From a virus (taxonomy: Duplodnaviria > Caudoviricetes): a DNA stretch of 37,721 bases. Made by a program: the position numbers and the translations under genes. This document shows, in pieces, positions 6,944 through 16,692 of the stretch. Location: positions 1-37,721 of the IMG/VR virus record IMGVR_UViG_3300046779_000192. One strand, 5' to 3'. Positions within the stretch are counted from its first letter, which is position 1. Each line of letters begins with the position of its first letter. The notes under the pieces are model-generated. The model saw only the letters and a program-made list of their open reading frames with translations. It was not told the DNA's origin and made no database searches.

Positions 6944-7451
6944 TCTTGGTTCGGGTAAAGATTGGCGTGAGGACTGCATCAACGCAGACATCCAGCGCCG
7001 AATCAAATCCGATTGGTGTCTAGACATTCAGGACGTGCATTGGGGTTCGCTGCTGGTAACGCGCTTTGGCGACTTCCGTGTCAAGGCCGAGATGTTTGAC
7101 GTTATCTTGGCAAACGACATCCTTGAACACGTCCCCGACTTAGTGAAGGCCATGACCAACTGCAAGGAGTTGCTCAAGGACGGTGGCGAGATGCGGATTC
7201 ATGTTCCTTACGACTTGTCTTATGGTGCTTGGCAAGACCCAACGCACGTCCGAGCGTTCAACGAGAAGTCGTGGCTGTACTACACAGATTGGCATTGGTA
7301 TCTCGGTTGGGAAGATCGCTTCTTTGTGAAGCATCTGGAGTTCACGCTCTCAGAGGTCGGGGAAAGTCTAAAATTGCCACAAGATGAGATTTTGAGGACT
7401 CCACGGGCGGTGGATTCCATGTACGTCATATTGCAAAAGGGCAAGAAATGA
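6918..7451 (+). CDS. Class I SAM-dependent methyltransferase
   Basis: Motif I LNLGSG; INADI; NDILEHVPD; LLKDGG; DPTHVRAF. ATG at 6918 preferred over TTG at 6897. Confidence 0.8.
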   Translation: MSKSSLVLNLGSGKDWREDCINADIQRRIKSDWCLDIQDVHWGSLLVTRFGDFRVKAEMFDVILANDILEHVPDLVKAMTNCKELLKDGGEMRIHVPYDLSYGAWQDPTHVRAFNEKSWLYYTDWHWYLGWEDRFFVKHLEFTLSEVGESLKLPQDEILRTPRAVDSMYVILQKGKK

Positions 7452-9721
7452 AAGTTCCATACGAGTTTGAGTCTGAGACTACAAGTGCTTTGCTGAACAA
7501 GGCGAAAGAGCAGATTGAGGACTTGATGGAGTCAAAAGACCCTGAAGAAGTCAAAGAGGAAGAAGCCGAACACCAGCAGATGGATGACGAAGAACTTGAG
7601 GCCATGATTGGTCAAGAGATCGTTGACGCTGTTTCCTACATTGACTCAGACCTATCGCCTATTCGTGCGATGGCGACACGCTACTACCGTGGCGACCCCT
7701 TCGGTAACGAAGAAGAAGGCCGTTCTCAGGTCGTGGCGATGGAGACACGCGACACGATTTCGGCAATGATGCCTTCCTTGATGCGCGTGTTTTTCAGCAC
7801 AGAGAACGTGGTCGAGTTTGTCCCCCGCGGCCCTGAAGACGTGAAGAACTCGCAGCAAGCAACCGACTACGCAAACTTCGTGTTTTCGGCTGATAACAAC
7901 GGCTTTATGACAGCCTACGCCACCTTCAAGGATGCCTTGGCGCGTAAGTGCGGCATCATGGAAGCGGTGTGGGAGGAGTCGGAGGAAGTACGGATTGAGC
8001 AGTATTCTGGCCTTGATGACTCCACCTTGCAGATGCTGATGCAAGAGCCAGAAGCCGAGATGAAGATTGTCGTGTCTTACCCTGACGAAGACGCGATGCA
8101 GATGCAGCCGATGGTTGACCCTGCCACTGGTATGCCTGTTGAGCAGCCACCAGCCATGCTGCACGATGTTGAGATCAAGCGCATCGTCAAGTCTGGTCGT
8201 ATCCGCATTAACTCTGTCGCGCCAGAGGAGTTGATTCTTTCGCGTCAGGCTCTGGACTTTGAGAATTCACCAATCATTGGTCGGCGCAAGATGGCTACGG
8301 TTGCCGAGTTGATTGCGATTGGGTATGACGAAGACGAGGTGATGGAACACGTTGGCTCGTCAGATTTGAACGACAACGAGGAAGCCCTTGCCCGTCATGC
8401 GCTGAACAACCAGCAATTCCCAACAGAAAGCGCCAACCCAATGGAGCAGCGCGTTCTGTACTGCGAGGTGTACGTCCGTGTTGACTTTGACGGTGATGGC
8501 ATCCCTGAGTTGCGCAAGGTATGCACGATGGGTGCAAGCTACGAAGTCAAGCGCAACTTGCCTTCGTCTTACATCCCATTTGTGGCCTTCCCTTGCGACC
8601 CAGAGCCACACACATCGCCACTTGAGGCTGGCTCAATCTTTGACTTGACTCACGACATCCAAGAGATTAAGTCTGAGATTTTGCGCAATACGCTGGATTC
8701 GCTGGCTCAGTCAATTCACCCACGCACTGCGATCGTTGAAGGCCAAGTCAATATTGACGATGTGCTGAACAACGAGACAGGCGCTGTCATCCGTATGCGT
8801 GCGCCAAACATGGTGCAGACCTTTGCACAGCCGTTTGTTGGTCAGGCTGCTTTCCCGATGCTGGACTATGTGGACAGCATCAAGGAAGACCGCACTGGCA
8901 TGAGCAAGGCGGCAATGGGCTTGAACGCTGATGCCTTGCAGTCTTCGACACGCGCAGCCGTAGCAGCCACCATCAGCGCCAGCCAAGGCCGTATTGAGCT
9001 GACATCGCGTCTGCTGGCTGAAGGCATGAAGACACTGTTCAAGAAGATTCTTTTCTTGACGGTGACCCATCAGGACAAGGCTCGGATGATTCGTCTGCGC
9101 AACGAGTGGGTGCAGATCGACCCACGTTCTTGGGACACGTCAATGGACGTGACCGTGAATATCGGCTTGGGCAATGGCGACACCAACGAGAAGCTGGCTG
9201 CTTTGACAGCCATCTCAGCTAAACAGCAAGAGGCTTTGACTCAGTTGGGCATCAATAACCCATTGGTGACACCGCAGCAGTACGCCCGTACATTGCGCAA
9301 GATCGTTGAGCTGTCTGGCTTTAAAGACGCTTCGATGTACTTCAACGACATCCCTGACGGCTGGCAACCAGAGCCACAGCAGCCCAAAGCCACGCCAGAG
9401 GAAGTGCTGGCAAAGGTTCAGGCCGAGTCAATTCAGGCTGACATCCAAAAGAAGGCGGCAGAACTAGAGCTGAAACGTCAACAAATGATGTTGGATGACG
9501 ATTTCCGCAGAGATCAAATGAATCAAGATCGACTACTTAAACAATACGAACTTGAGTTAAAGTACAACACACAGATAAGCACTGCCCAAATCGTGGCAGA
9601 GCAGAATGTAAACCGCGAGGCTGTGAAACAACAAGCCGCGATTGTTCAACAAGCAGTTGAGCAAGCGCAGCCTGAAATGCAGCAGCCTATGCAACCCATC
9701 AACCCACAAGGAATGGTCTAA
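7448..9721 (+). CDS. Portal protein (P22-like)
   Basis: 757 aa; position between terL and scaffold/capsid; long Gln-rich C-terminal coiled coil consistent with a portal barrel. Confidence 0.85.
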   Translation: MKVPYEFESETTSALLNKAKEQIEDLMESKDPEEVKEEEAEHQQMDDEELEAMIGQEIVDAVSYIDSDLSPIRAMATRYYRGDPFGNEEEGRSQVVAMETRDTISAMMPSLMRVFFSTENVVEFVPRGPEDVKNSQQATDYANFVFSADNNGFMTAYATFKDALARKCGIMEAVWEESEEVRIEQYSGLDDSTLQMLMQEPEAEMKIVVSYPDEDAMQMQPMVDPATGMPVEQPPAMLHDVEIKRIVKSGRIRINSVAPEELILSRQALDFENSPIIGRRKMATVAELIAIGYDEDEVMEHVGSSDLNDNEEALARHALNNQQFPTESANPMEQRVLYCEVYVRVDFDGDGIPELRKVCTMGASYEVKRNLPSSYIPFVAFPCDPEPHTSPLEAGSIFDLTHDIQEIKSEILRNTLDSLAQSIHPRTAIVEGQVNIDDVLNNETGAVIRMRAPNMVQTFAQPFVGQAAFPMLDYVDSIKEDRTGMSKAAMGLNADALQSSTRAAVAATISASQGRIELTSRLLAEGMKTLFKKILFLTVTHQDKARMIRLRNEWVQIDPRSWDTSMDVTVNIGLGNGDTNEKLAALTAISAKQQEALTQLGINNPLVTPQQYARTLRKIVELSGFKDASMYFNDIPDGWQPEPQQPKATPEEVLAKVQAESIQADIQKKAAELELKRQQMMLDDDFRRDQMNQDRLLKQYELELKYNTQISTAQIVAEQNVNREAVKQQAAIVQQAVEQAQPEMQQPMQPINPQGMV

Positions 9722-9985
9722 GTGAGCAACGAAGAAACCGTAAGAAAAGGAAAGAAGGCCGAGAGTCTGGTTCAAGACGAAGCCTTCTCAGCAGCTTTGC
9801 TGCAAATGGAGAACGATGCTGTCTGGCTTTGGAAAAGTACGAAGTCAGAGGACACCGTGAAAAGAGAGAGCGCGTGGCACATGATTCAGGCGATTGAGCA
9901 ATTCCGTACCCAGATGAACAAGATCATGGACAACGGCAAGATTGCACAGCGTCAAATTGAACGCGCTCAGAAAAATCTGGTTTAA
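9722..9985 (+). CDS. Hypothetical head-module protein (87 aa)
   Basis: Abuts the portal stop; helical; occupies the portal-scaffold slot. Confidence 0.7.
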   Translation: MSNEETVRKGKKAESLVQDEAFSAALLQMENDAVWLWKSTKSEDTVKRESAWHMIQAIEQFRTQMNKIMDNGKIAQRQIERAQKNLV

Positions 9986-9996
9986 AGGAATTGGAA

Positions 9997-11004
9997 ATGT
10001 CAGACGGAAACGCCAACCCCACAGGGAGCATCCCAACAGGTCCAATGTCAGTGGACGAAGCGTCCAATGCACTCGCTCAAATGTTTGGTCCCGATGAGGG
10101 AGAAACCGAACAAGAAGTCGAGGCGCAGTTGTCATCCGATGAGGATGACGCGGCATCTGTCGATGAAGAACTAGACGTGCAAGACGATGAGTCTAGTGAT
10201 GAAACGAAAGATGAACAGTCGGAAGATTCTGATGAAACCGAGGAAGACGAACAGCCACAAGTCTTCACCGTCAAAGTTGACGGTAAAGAAGTCGAAGTGA
10301 CTTTGGACGAACTCCAAAAAGGCTACAGCAGGACCCAAGACTACACACGAAAGACGCAACAGATCGCTGAAGCCCGTAAAGCGGTTGAAGCTGAAACTGC
10401 TGCTATTCGTGCCGAGCGTGAACAGTACGCTCAATTGTTAGGAGCGTTGCAACAGCAACTTGAGTCGGCTGGTGAACAGCCCGTTGATTGGGACCGTCTT
10501 TACGCAGAAGACCCCATTGAATGGGTACGTCAGCGAGAGTTAGCACGTGACAAGCAGGAAAGAAAAGCAGCTATTCAATCCGAACAGCAGCGTCTTTCTC
10601 AATTGACGGTGCAGCAGCAGACAGAGGAGATGAAGGCAAAACTTGCTCAAGAGCAGGAATTGTTAATCGCTTCTGTGCCTGAGTGGAAAGACCCACAAAA
10701 GGCAAAAGCTGAAAAGGCTCTGCTTGTTGAGTTTGGTCGCAAGATCGGATTCAGCGAAGATGAACTCAAGAATGTCTATGACCACAGGGCTGTCATTGCG
10801 CTGCGTAAAGCTGCGCTGTATGACCAGATGGTGTCCAAGCGTAAGGACATCAAACCCGTAGTCAACAACGGTCCACGCCCAGTAAAGCCATCGGCTGCTG
10901 GTCGTGTCTCCTCAGCAACTGAAGGTACACGCGCAAAACAGCGTCTTGCAAAAACTGGTCGTGTCGATGACGCGGCTAAAGCAATTGAACTTCTTTTGAA
11001 ATGA
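9997..11004 (+). CDS. Capsid scaffolding protein
   Basis: Very acidic N-terminus; VKVDGKEVEVTLDEL..GY.R..DYTRKTQ motif; coiled coil; directly upstream of the capsid gene. Confidence 0.85.
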   Translation: MSDGNANPTGSIPTGPMSVDEASNALAQMFGPDEGETEQEVEAQLSSDEDDAASVDEELDVQDDESSDETKDEQSEDSDETEEDEQPQVFTVKVDGKEVEVTLDELQKGYSRTQDYTRKTQQIAEARKAVEAETAAIRAEREQYAQLLGALQQQLESAGEQPVDWDRLYAEDPIEWVRQRELARDKQERKAAIQSEQQRLSQLTVQQQTEEMKAKLAQEQELLIASVPEWKDPQKAKAEKALLVEFGRKIGFSEDELKNVYDHRAVIALRKAALYDQMVSKRKDIKPVVNNGPRPVKPSAAGRVSSATEGTRAKQRLAKTGRVDDAAKAIELLLK

Positions 11005-11013
11005 GGCACTTAA

Positions 11014-11976
11014 ATGGCTATCGTAACTAACACATTCACCACCTTTGATGCCAAAGGCATCCGTGAAGACCTGTCAAACGTCATCACCAACATCGCTCCT
11101 GAAGAAACTCCTTACATGAGCAACATTGGTCGTGAGTCTGTCAGCAACTCGTTGTACGAGTGGCAAACAGACACATTGGCATCTGCCGCTGCTAACAAGC
11201 AGTTGGAAGGTGACGATGTGACTTCCTTTGACGCTGTTGTCGCAACTGTGCGTTTGCAAAACTACGCTCAGATCAGCCGCAAGACAATCGTGTTGTCTGC
11301 TACTGAAGAAACCGTCAACAAGGCTGGTCGTAAGTCTGAATTGGCTTACCAAATCGCCAAGCGCGGCGCTGAGTTGAAGCGTGACCAAGAATTCACAATG
11401 CTTAACGGCGCTGTGGCTGCTGCTGGTAACACTACAACTGCCCGTGGCACTGCCTCTTTGGGCGCTTTCGTGAAGACAAACGTGGACATGCAAACGAACG
11501 GTGCAAACCCTTCGTACACCACTTTGCCTAACAGCGCACGTACTGATGGCAACGTCCGTACCTTCACTGAAACCATCTTGAAGAACGTGATTCAACAAAC
11601 TTGGGCTGCTGGTGGCACTCCAAAGATGTTGATGACTGGTCCAGTGAACAAGCAGCGCGTGTCTGGCTTCTCTGGTATCGCTTCTTCACGTTTCAACATT
11701 GATGGTGGCGCAAAGCCAGCAACTTTGGTTGGCGCTGTTGACATCTATGTGTCTGACTTCGGCAACATCCAAGTGATCGCAAACCGCTTCCAGCGCGAGC
11801 GTGACGCATGGGTGATCGACCCTGACATGGCTAAGATGACCACTCTGCGTCCTTACCAACAAGTTGAACTCGCCAAGACTGGTGACGCTGAGAAGCGTAT
11901 GCTGATCGTTGAGTGGGGTCACAAAGTGTTGGCTGAGAACGGTATGGGCTTGGCTGCTGACTTGGTTACTTCTTAA
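11014..11976 (+). CDS. Major capsid protein (DUF5309/SU10-like)
   Basis: REDLS.VI.NI.PEETP, EWQTD.L, NYAQI..K, YVSDFG and LAKTGDAEK motifs; GAGG RBS; followed by a terminator. Confidence 0.9.
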   Translation: MAIVTNTFTTFDAKGIREDLSNVITNIAPEETPYMSNIGRESVSNSLYEWQTDTLASAAANKQLEGDDVTSFDAVVATVRLQNYAQISRKTIVLSATEETVNKAGRKSELAYQIAKRGAELKRDQEFTMLNGAVAAAGNTTTARGTASLGAFVKTNVDMQTNGANPSYTTLPNSARTDGNVRTFTETILKNVIQQTWAAGGTPKMLMTGPVNKQRVSGFSGIASSRFNIDGGAKPATLVGAVDIYVSDFGNIQVIANRFQRERDAWVIDPDMAKMTTLRPYQQVELAKTGDAEKRMLIVEWGHKVLAENGMGLAADLVTS

Positions 11977-11987
11977 TCAAATCAAGG

Positions 11988-12017
11988 AAAGGGGCGGGGA
12001 AACTCGCCCCTTTTTTT
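11988..12017 (+). terminator. Intrinsic terminator after the capsid gene
   Basis: GGGGCGGG-GAAA-CTCGCCCC hairpin followed by T7. Confidence 0.85.
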
Positions 12018-12019
12018 AT

Positions 12020-12334
12020 ATGAACGAATCACGACTCTTTGACTACGATGACTACACTGGTATCAAAAAGGTGTGGCATTACGATGCAGATAAAGACGAA
12101 GCAACGATTGAGACGCTGCAAGACGTAGCACCAATCATTGAGATGAACAAGACTGACTTAACTCAGTCCGACAACACTGGCTGGAAAGGTGAGTTCCATC
12201 ATGTTGCTCGTATCCCATTGTCTATTTACTACGAGCTGAAGGCTCAAGGTAAATTGGATGATGAAGCGTTTATGAAACGCTGGCTAAACGACCCTGACAA
12301 CAGATTCTTTCGCGTGAAAGAAGGACAAGTATAA
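12020..12334 (+). CDS. Hypothetical structural-module protein (104 aa)
   Basis: ATG at 12020 just after the terminator; C-terminal KRWLNDPDNRFFR. Confidence 0.75.
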   Translation: MNESRLFDYDDYTGIKKVWHYDADKDEATIETLQDVAPIIEMNKTDLTQSDNTGWKGEFHHVARIPLSIYYELKAQGKLDDEAFMKRWLNDPDNRFFRVKEGQV

Positions 12335-12338
12335 AAAA

Positions 12339-13013
12339 ATGACACAAGAAACCGTAAATTACATTGCAGTATGCACACCAGCGAGAGATATGGTCCACGC
12401 GAACTTCACGTTCTGCTTGGTCAATATGGTGGCGTACCACACACTCAACACGCCTGATGCGATCTGCCTAAAGATCAACCAAGGCACACTGATTCAAAAC
12501 CAACGCGCAGATTTGTGCCTTGAAGCAATGCGTGAAGACTGCACTCACGTTCTGTTTATTGACTCAGACATGACCTTCCCGCAGGACATGGTTGGACGCT
12601 TGCTGGCGCACGATAAGGACATCGTGGCTACCAACTGCGCCCGTAGACGTTTGCCGACAGGCCCAACAGCCCGTGGCTTGGATGGTCAGCTTATTTACTC
12701 GATGCCAGATTCAACAGGCTTGGAAGAAGTCGAGTCAATTGGCATGGGCGTGATGTTGATTTCACGCAAGGTTTTTGAGTCATTGTCAGAGCCTTGGTTT
12801 GAAACGCCTTGGCGTACAGACAAGCGTGGCTATATTGGCGAGGACGTGTTCTTCTGCCGTAAAGCAACGGCTGCTGGTTTTAAAATCTACATTGACCACG
12901 ATGTGTCCAAAGAGATTGGGCATATCGGTACATTTGAGTTCAAGCATGACCACACTTGGGTGATGAAGGACTTGGAGAAGGCCCAAAAGGAAGCGTCCAA
13001 ACCAGACGCTTGA
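12339..13013 (+). CDS. Glycosyltransferase-like protein, GT-A fold
   Basis: IAVCTP strand; HVLFIDSDMTF (DxD); GMGVMLI; GEDVFFC; IGHIG. Confidence 0.75.
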   Translation: MTQETVNYIAVCTPARDMVHANFTFCLVNMVAYHTLNTPDAICLKINQGTLIQNQRADLCLEAMREDCTHVLFIDSDMTFPQDMVGRLLAHDKDIVATNCARRRLPTGPTARGLDGQLIYSMPDSTGLEEVESIGMGVMLISRKVFESLSEPWFETPWRTDKRGYIGEDVFFCRKATAAGFKIYIDHDVSKEIGHIGTFEFKHDHTWVMKDLEKAQKEASKPDA

Positions 13014-13043
13014 CGCATACAATTAGGGGAACGGAAGTAAGAC

Positions 13044-13664
13044 ATGGCACTCAATACATACGCAACCCTTAAAACAGCCATCGCGGATTTTCTAAACCGC
13101 GATGACTTAACGTCTGTCATCCCTACATTTATCACTCTGGCAGAGTCGAAGTTCAATCGAGCAATTCGCACTCGCCAGATGATTAAACGTGCAACAGCGA
13201 CTGTGGACGGTCGCTTTTTTGCCATGCCTACGGACTTCCTAGAAGCTCGTAGTTTCCAGTTGAACACCAACCCGATCACCGTGTTGGAGTACGTCACTGA
13301 AGGCTATGGCAACACGCTCAACTCAAACGTGTACATATCTTCTGGAAAGCCAGCCAAGTTCACGGTTGTCGGCACTCAGTTAGAAGTCATACCTGCGCCT
13401 GACAACTCTTACGATGCAGAATTGACTTACTACTCAAAGATTGCTGCATTGGCTGATGACAACACCAGCAACTGGTTGCTGATTGCTAACCCTGACATCT
13501 ACTTGTATGGCTCTTTGCTTCAGTCTGCACCGTACTTGAAGGATGATGCACGAATTGCGGTGTGGGCGCAGCTCTACACTGCCTGTGTGGATGAATTGAA
13601 CGTATCAGATCAGAGGGCATCTGTTGCGTCTACTCTTGTTTCACGCGCCCGAACATTTGGATAA
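13044..13664 (+). CDS. Head-tail adaptor / tail tubular protein A-like
   Basis: N-terminus YATLKTAIADFLNRDDL..IP.FI.LAE and C-terminal NWLL...PD.YLYGSL; position after the capsid gene. Confidence 0.7.
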   Translation: MALNTYATLKTAIADFLNRDDLTSVIPTFITLAESKFNRAIRTRQMIKRATATVDGRFFAMPTDFLEARSFQLNTNPITVLEYVTEGYGNTLNSNVYISSGKPAKFTVVGTQLEVIPAPDNSYDAELTYYSKIAALADDNTSNWLLIANPDIYLYGSLLQSAPYLKDDARIAVWAQLYTACVDELNVSDQRASVASTLVSRARTFG

Positions 13665-13669
13665 AAATC

Positions 13670-14056
13670 ATGGCAGCAATGAGCAACTACTTGGAGACAG
13701 CATTGGTCAATGCTGTTTTGCGCAACACTTCGTACACCAGCCCAACGACTGTGTACGTTGGTTTGTTTACGTCTGACCCGACTGATGCGGGTTCTGGCAC
13801 TGAGGTGTCTGGTGGCTCGTATGCGCGTAAGGCTATGGCCTTCAGCTCTCCATCTAACGGTGCAACATCCAACAGCTCTGCTGTGGAGTTTGACCAAGCT
13901 ACTGCCTCTTGGGGAACCGTCACGCACTTTGGTTTGTTTGACGCATCTTCGTCTGGCAACTTGTTGCTGCATGGAGCTTTGACTGCATCCAAGACCATTG
14001 ATGATGGCGATGTCTTCAAGTTCGCAACTTCTGCCCTGACTGCCACCTTCGCATAA
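13670..14056 (+). CDS. Virion structural protein (tail-associated)
   Basis: MSNYLE...YVGLFTSDPTDAGSGTEVSGGSYAR...WGTVTHFGLFDA motif; Ser/Thr/Gly-rich. Confidence 0.7.
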   Translation: MAAMSNYLETALVNAVLRNTSYTSPTTVYVGLFTSDPTDAGSGTEVSGGSYARKAMAFSSPSNGATSNSSAVEFDQATASWGTVTHFGLFDASSSGNLLLHGALTASKTIDDGDVFKFATSALTATFA

Positions 14057-14058
14057 AT

Positions 14059-16137
14059 ATGTCCACCATCGTCACACGCTCTGGCAAGGGTTCTCCTCTG
14101 ACTCATGTCGAGGTGGACGCAAACTTTACTAATCTCAACAGCGACAAGACCGAGAACGCAACTGCTGCCATCACAGGCGGCACGATTGACAACACAGTCA
14201 TCGGTGGAACAACCCCTGCTGCTGGTACGTTTACTACGTTGACGAGTAACGGCGCAACTACGTTTACAAACGGGTCTGCCATATTTTCAATTGATGACGG
14301 CGGAAGTTTATCGCCTCAGCAAATGCGTCTTATCGGGCCAAGCACAACTTTGGGTCGGAATAGGATTTTTTCTCCAGCACAACTTCGTATTTCAGCAGGA
14401 TCTACAAACCCCATCCAATTTCACACAGCCGCTGGTACTAACGTAAACAGTGACGGCAACGTTCAGCTTGCTATTACTAACACAGCCTCCGCAGTCAACT
14501 ATGTTCAAGTAACAGGTGCGGCTACTGGTAACTCTGCTGGCCCTACGATTAGCGCACAAGGAAGCGACTCAAATGTGCCTTTGGCTATTCAGTCAAAGTT
14601 GGCTTCACCTATCAATTTCTATACTAGTGGTGGTTTTCAGCAGTTCAGAATTAATAACACTGCTTCCGCAGTCAACTTTTTACAAGTAACTGGTGGAGCC
14701 GCTGGTGTTGCTCCTGTTCTGTCTGCCCAAGGTAGCGATACTAATATTCCTGCCGTAGTTCAACCAAAAGGCACAGGAGCCTTACAAGCCCAACAGACAG
14801 ACTCTACAGCCACAGGTGGTAATGCTAGGGGTGCTAATGCTGTTGATTGGCAGACTGCTAGGGATGCTGCTTCTAGAGTCGCTTCTGGTCAATATTCAGT
14901 TGTAACAGGCGGCTATGCAAACACTGCAAGCGGAACTGCATCTCTGTCAGGCGGTTTCTTAAATAACAACAGTGGAAACTTCTCGTTTCTAGGTGGAGGC
15001 GCAGGTCAAAACTTAGCTGGTAGTTATGCTGTTATCGCTGGTGGGTGGGCTAATACGGCTTCTGGCTTTATCAACTTTATTGGTGGCGGTTATGGTAACT
15101 CAGGGACATCTGGTTCCGCTGTAACTACTCAATCAGGAACAATGAACGCTACCACAGCGGTAACTTTGTCAGGTTCCAATGCCAACATTAAAGTTGGTCA
15201 GTACATTTCAGGTACTTCAATCTCTAACGGTACATACGTTGCCGCAATTTCAGGCACATCCCTGACGCTATCTCAAGCAGCTAGTGGTTCATCAACATCA
15301 ACTCTATCTTTCTACACCCCTCACGGAGTAGTAGTAGGTGGAGGTAACAACCAAGCCACAGGCTCTTACAGTTTCATCGGTGGTGGTGGTGACGCTGGTA
15401 CTGCTGCGAATAGGAACGTGGCTAGTGGGGATTGGAGTGTTGTTGTTGGTGGACGCGTAAATCAAGCAACTGGTATTGCATCATTTGTTGGTGGCGGTGG
15501 TTTTGAAGGTTCAAATCTTGGAACTAATTTGGCTTCTGGTACTTGTTCTTCTGTAATGGGAGGATTTCAAAATACTGCAAGTGGAGTTGGTTCTGCTGTA
15601 ACTGGCGGTTTTCAAAATATTGCAAACAGTACTCAATCTACTTGCGTAGGCGGTAGAAGGGCAACAACAAGAAGTATTATTGGAAATACTGTTTTTTCTG
15701 CTAGTGAAAATCCTATTGCAGATGCTCAAGGCGTTTCTCAAACTGCGTTGCTTTTATTGGCAACTCAAACAACCGATGCAACCGCAACTGTTCTTCGCTC
15801 AAACTCTAGCGCTGCTTCCACAACCAACCAAGTAATCCTGCCCAACAACTCAGCTTATTTCTTCAAAGGTGAAGTGGTTGCTGGTGTAACTGGTGGTGGA
15901 AACACTAAAGGATGGACAATCGAAGGTGTCATCAAACGTGGCGCTAACGCTGCTTCTACAGCCTTGGTAGGCACACCTACCGTAACCTCTAGCTACGCTG
16001 ATGCTGGCGCTTCTACATGGGCTTTAACGGCTACAGCAGACACCACTAATGGCGGCTTAAAGATCACTTTCACAGGTCAGGCATCTACAACAATCCGTTG
16101 CGTTGCCAAGATCGAAACCACAGAGATGACCTTCTAA
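14059..16137 (+). CDS. Tail fibre / receptor-binding protein
   Basis: 692 aa; Gly/Ser/Thr/Ala-rich; N-terminal KGSPLT..EVDANFTNLN anchor; 59-aa internal duplication; GG..N.ASG repeats. Confidence 0.8.
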   Translation: MSTIVTRSGKGSPLTHVEVDANFTNLNSDKTENATAAITGGTIDNTVIGGTTPAAGTFTTLTSNGATTFTNGSAIFSIDDGGSLSPQQMRLIGPSTTLGRNRIFSPAQLRISAGSTNPIQFHTAAGTNVNSDGNVQLAITNTASAVNYVQVTGAATGNSAGPTISAQGSDSNVPLAIQSKLASPINFYTSGGFQQFRINNTASAVNFLQVTGGAAGVAPVLSAQGSDTNIPAVVQPKGTGALQAQQTDSTATGGNARGANAVDWQTARDAASRVASGQYSVVTGGYANTASGTASLSGGFLNNNSGNFSFLGGGAGQNLAGSYAVIAGGWANTASGFINFIGGGYGNSGTSGSAVTTQSGTMNATTAVTLSGSNANIKVGQYISGTSISNGTYVAAISGTSLTLSQAASGSSTSTLSFYTPHGVVVGGGNNQATGSYSFIGGGGDAGTAANRNVASGDWSVVVGGRVNQATGIASFVGGGGFEGSNLGTNLASGTCSSVMGGFQNTASGVGSAVTGGFQNIANSTQSTCVGGRRATTRSIIGNTVFSASENPIADAQGVSQTALLLLATQTTDATATVLRSNSSAASTTNQVILPNNSAYFFKGEVVAGVTGGGNTKGWTIEGVIKRGANAASTALVGTPTVTSSYADAGASTWALTATADTTNGGLKITFTGQASTTIRCVAKIETTEMTF

Positions 16138-16149
16138 GGAGAAACTAAC

Positions 16150-16419
16150 ATGGCACTCAAAATCACAGCAATTAACAACACGAACGGACAGCCTGAGACT
16201 CAAGCCTACGCTCGTATCACTAACTTCTTCGGTACTAAAGACCAGATTCAAGTACAGGTTGAGGTTCACGCTACTGAGGCTGCTCGTCAACAAGGTTGGC
16301 CTTCAGTAGCTCAACACGCCCACTACATTGGAATGGAGTCATTGCAAGGTGATTTGATTCCAGCCATGTACTCCGTATTGAAGACTCTGACCGTGTACCA
16401 AGGCGCTGAGGACGTATAA
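16150..16419 (+). CDS. Putative tail fibre-associated protein (89 aa), paralog 1
   Basis: AAGGAG RBS; follows the fibre gene; same length and similar termini as the next gene. Confidence 0.65.
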   Translation: MALKITAINNTNGQPETQAYARITNFFGTKDQIQVQVEVHATEAARQQGWPSVAQHAHYIGMESLQGDLIPAMYSVLKTLTVYQGAEDV

Positions 16420-16422
16420 GAT

Positions 16423-16692
16423 ATGGCACTCATTAAATCAGTTGACACAGACTTCGGCATCCCTGCAACTTATTGGAACATTGGAGCAGTACAGGAAGAC
16501 TTCAAAGGCCAAGGCACTGAAGTGACCTTCTACGGCTACGCATCCAAGGAAGCCCGTGATGCAGGTAAGCAACCCCTGAGCGCAGGTAAGGTGCAGATTG
16601 CTGGTGACGAATACGTTGCTGGCGCTGATCGTGCTGCCTTGTACGCAATCATCAAGCAAAAGCCTGAGTTTGAAGGCGCGGTAGACGCTTAA
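16423..16692 (+). CDS. Putative tail fibre-associated protein (89 aa), paralog 2
   Basis: MAL...Y..I...A.EAR..G...Y...K...GA.D pattern shared with the previous gene. Confidence 0.65.
   Translation: MALIKSVDTDFGIPATYWNIGAVQEDFKGQGTEVTFYGYASKEARDAGKQPLSAGKVQIAGDEYVAGADRAALYAIIKQKPEFEGAVDA

Noticed and set aside
6918-7451. DNA methyltransferase explaining the CCGG/CCWGG pattern
   Set aside because: Lacks the N6/N4 (D/N/S)PP(Y/F) and C5 PC/ENV catalytic motifs; resembles small-molecule or glycan methyltransferases.
11909-12019. N-terminal extension of the post-capsid ORF, or a capsid frameshift/readthrough product
   Set aside because: The extension runs through the intrinsic terminator and I saw no slippery heptamer at the capsid 3' end; ATG 12020 is the plausible start.
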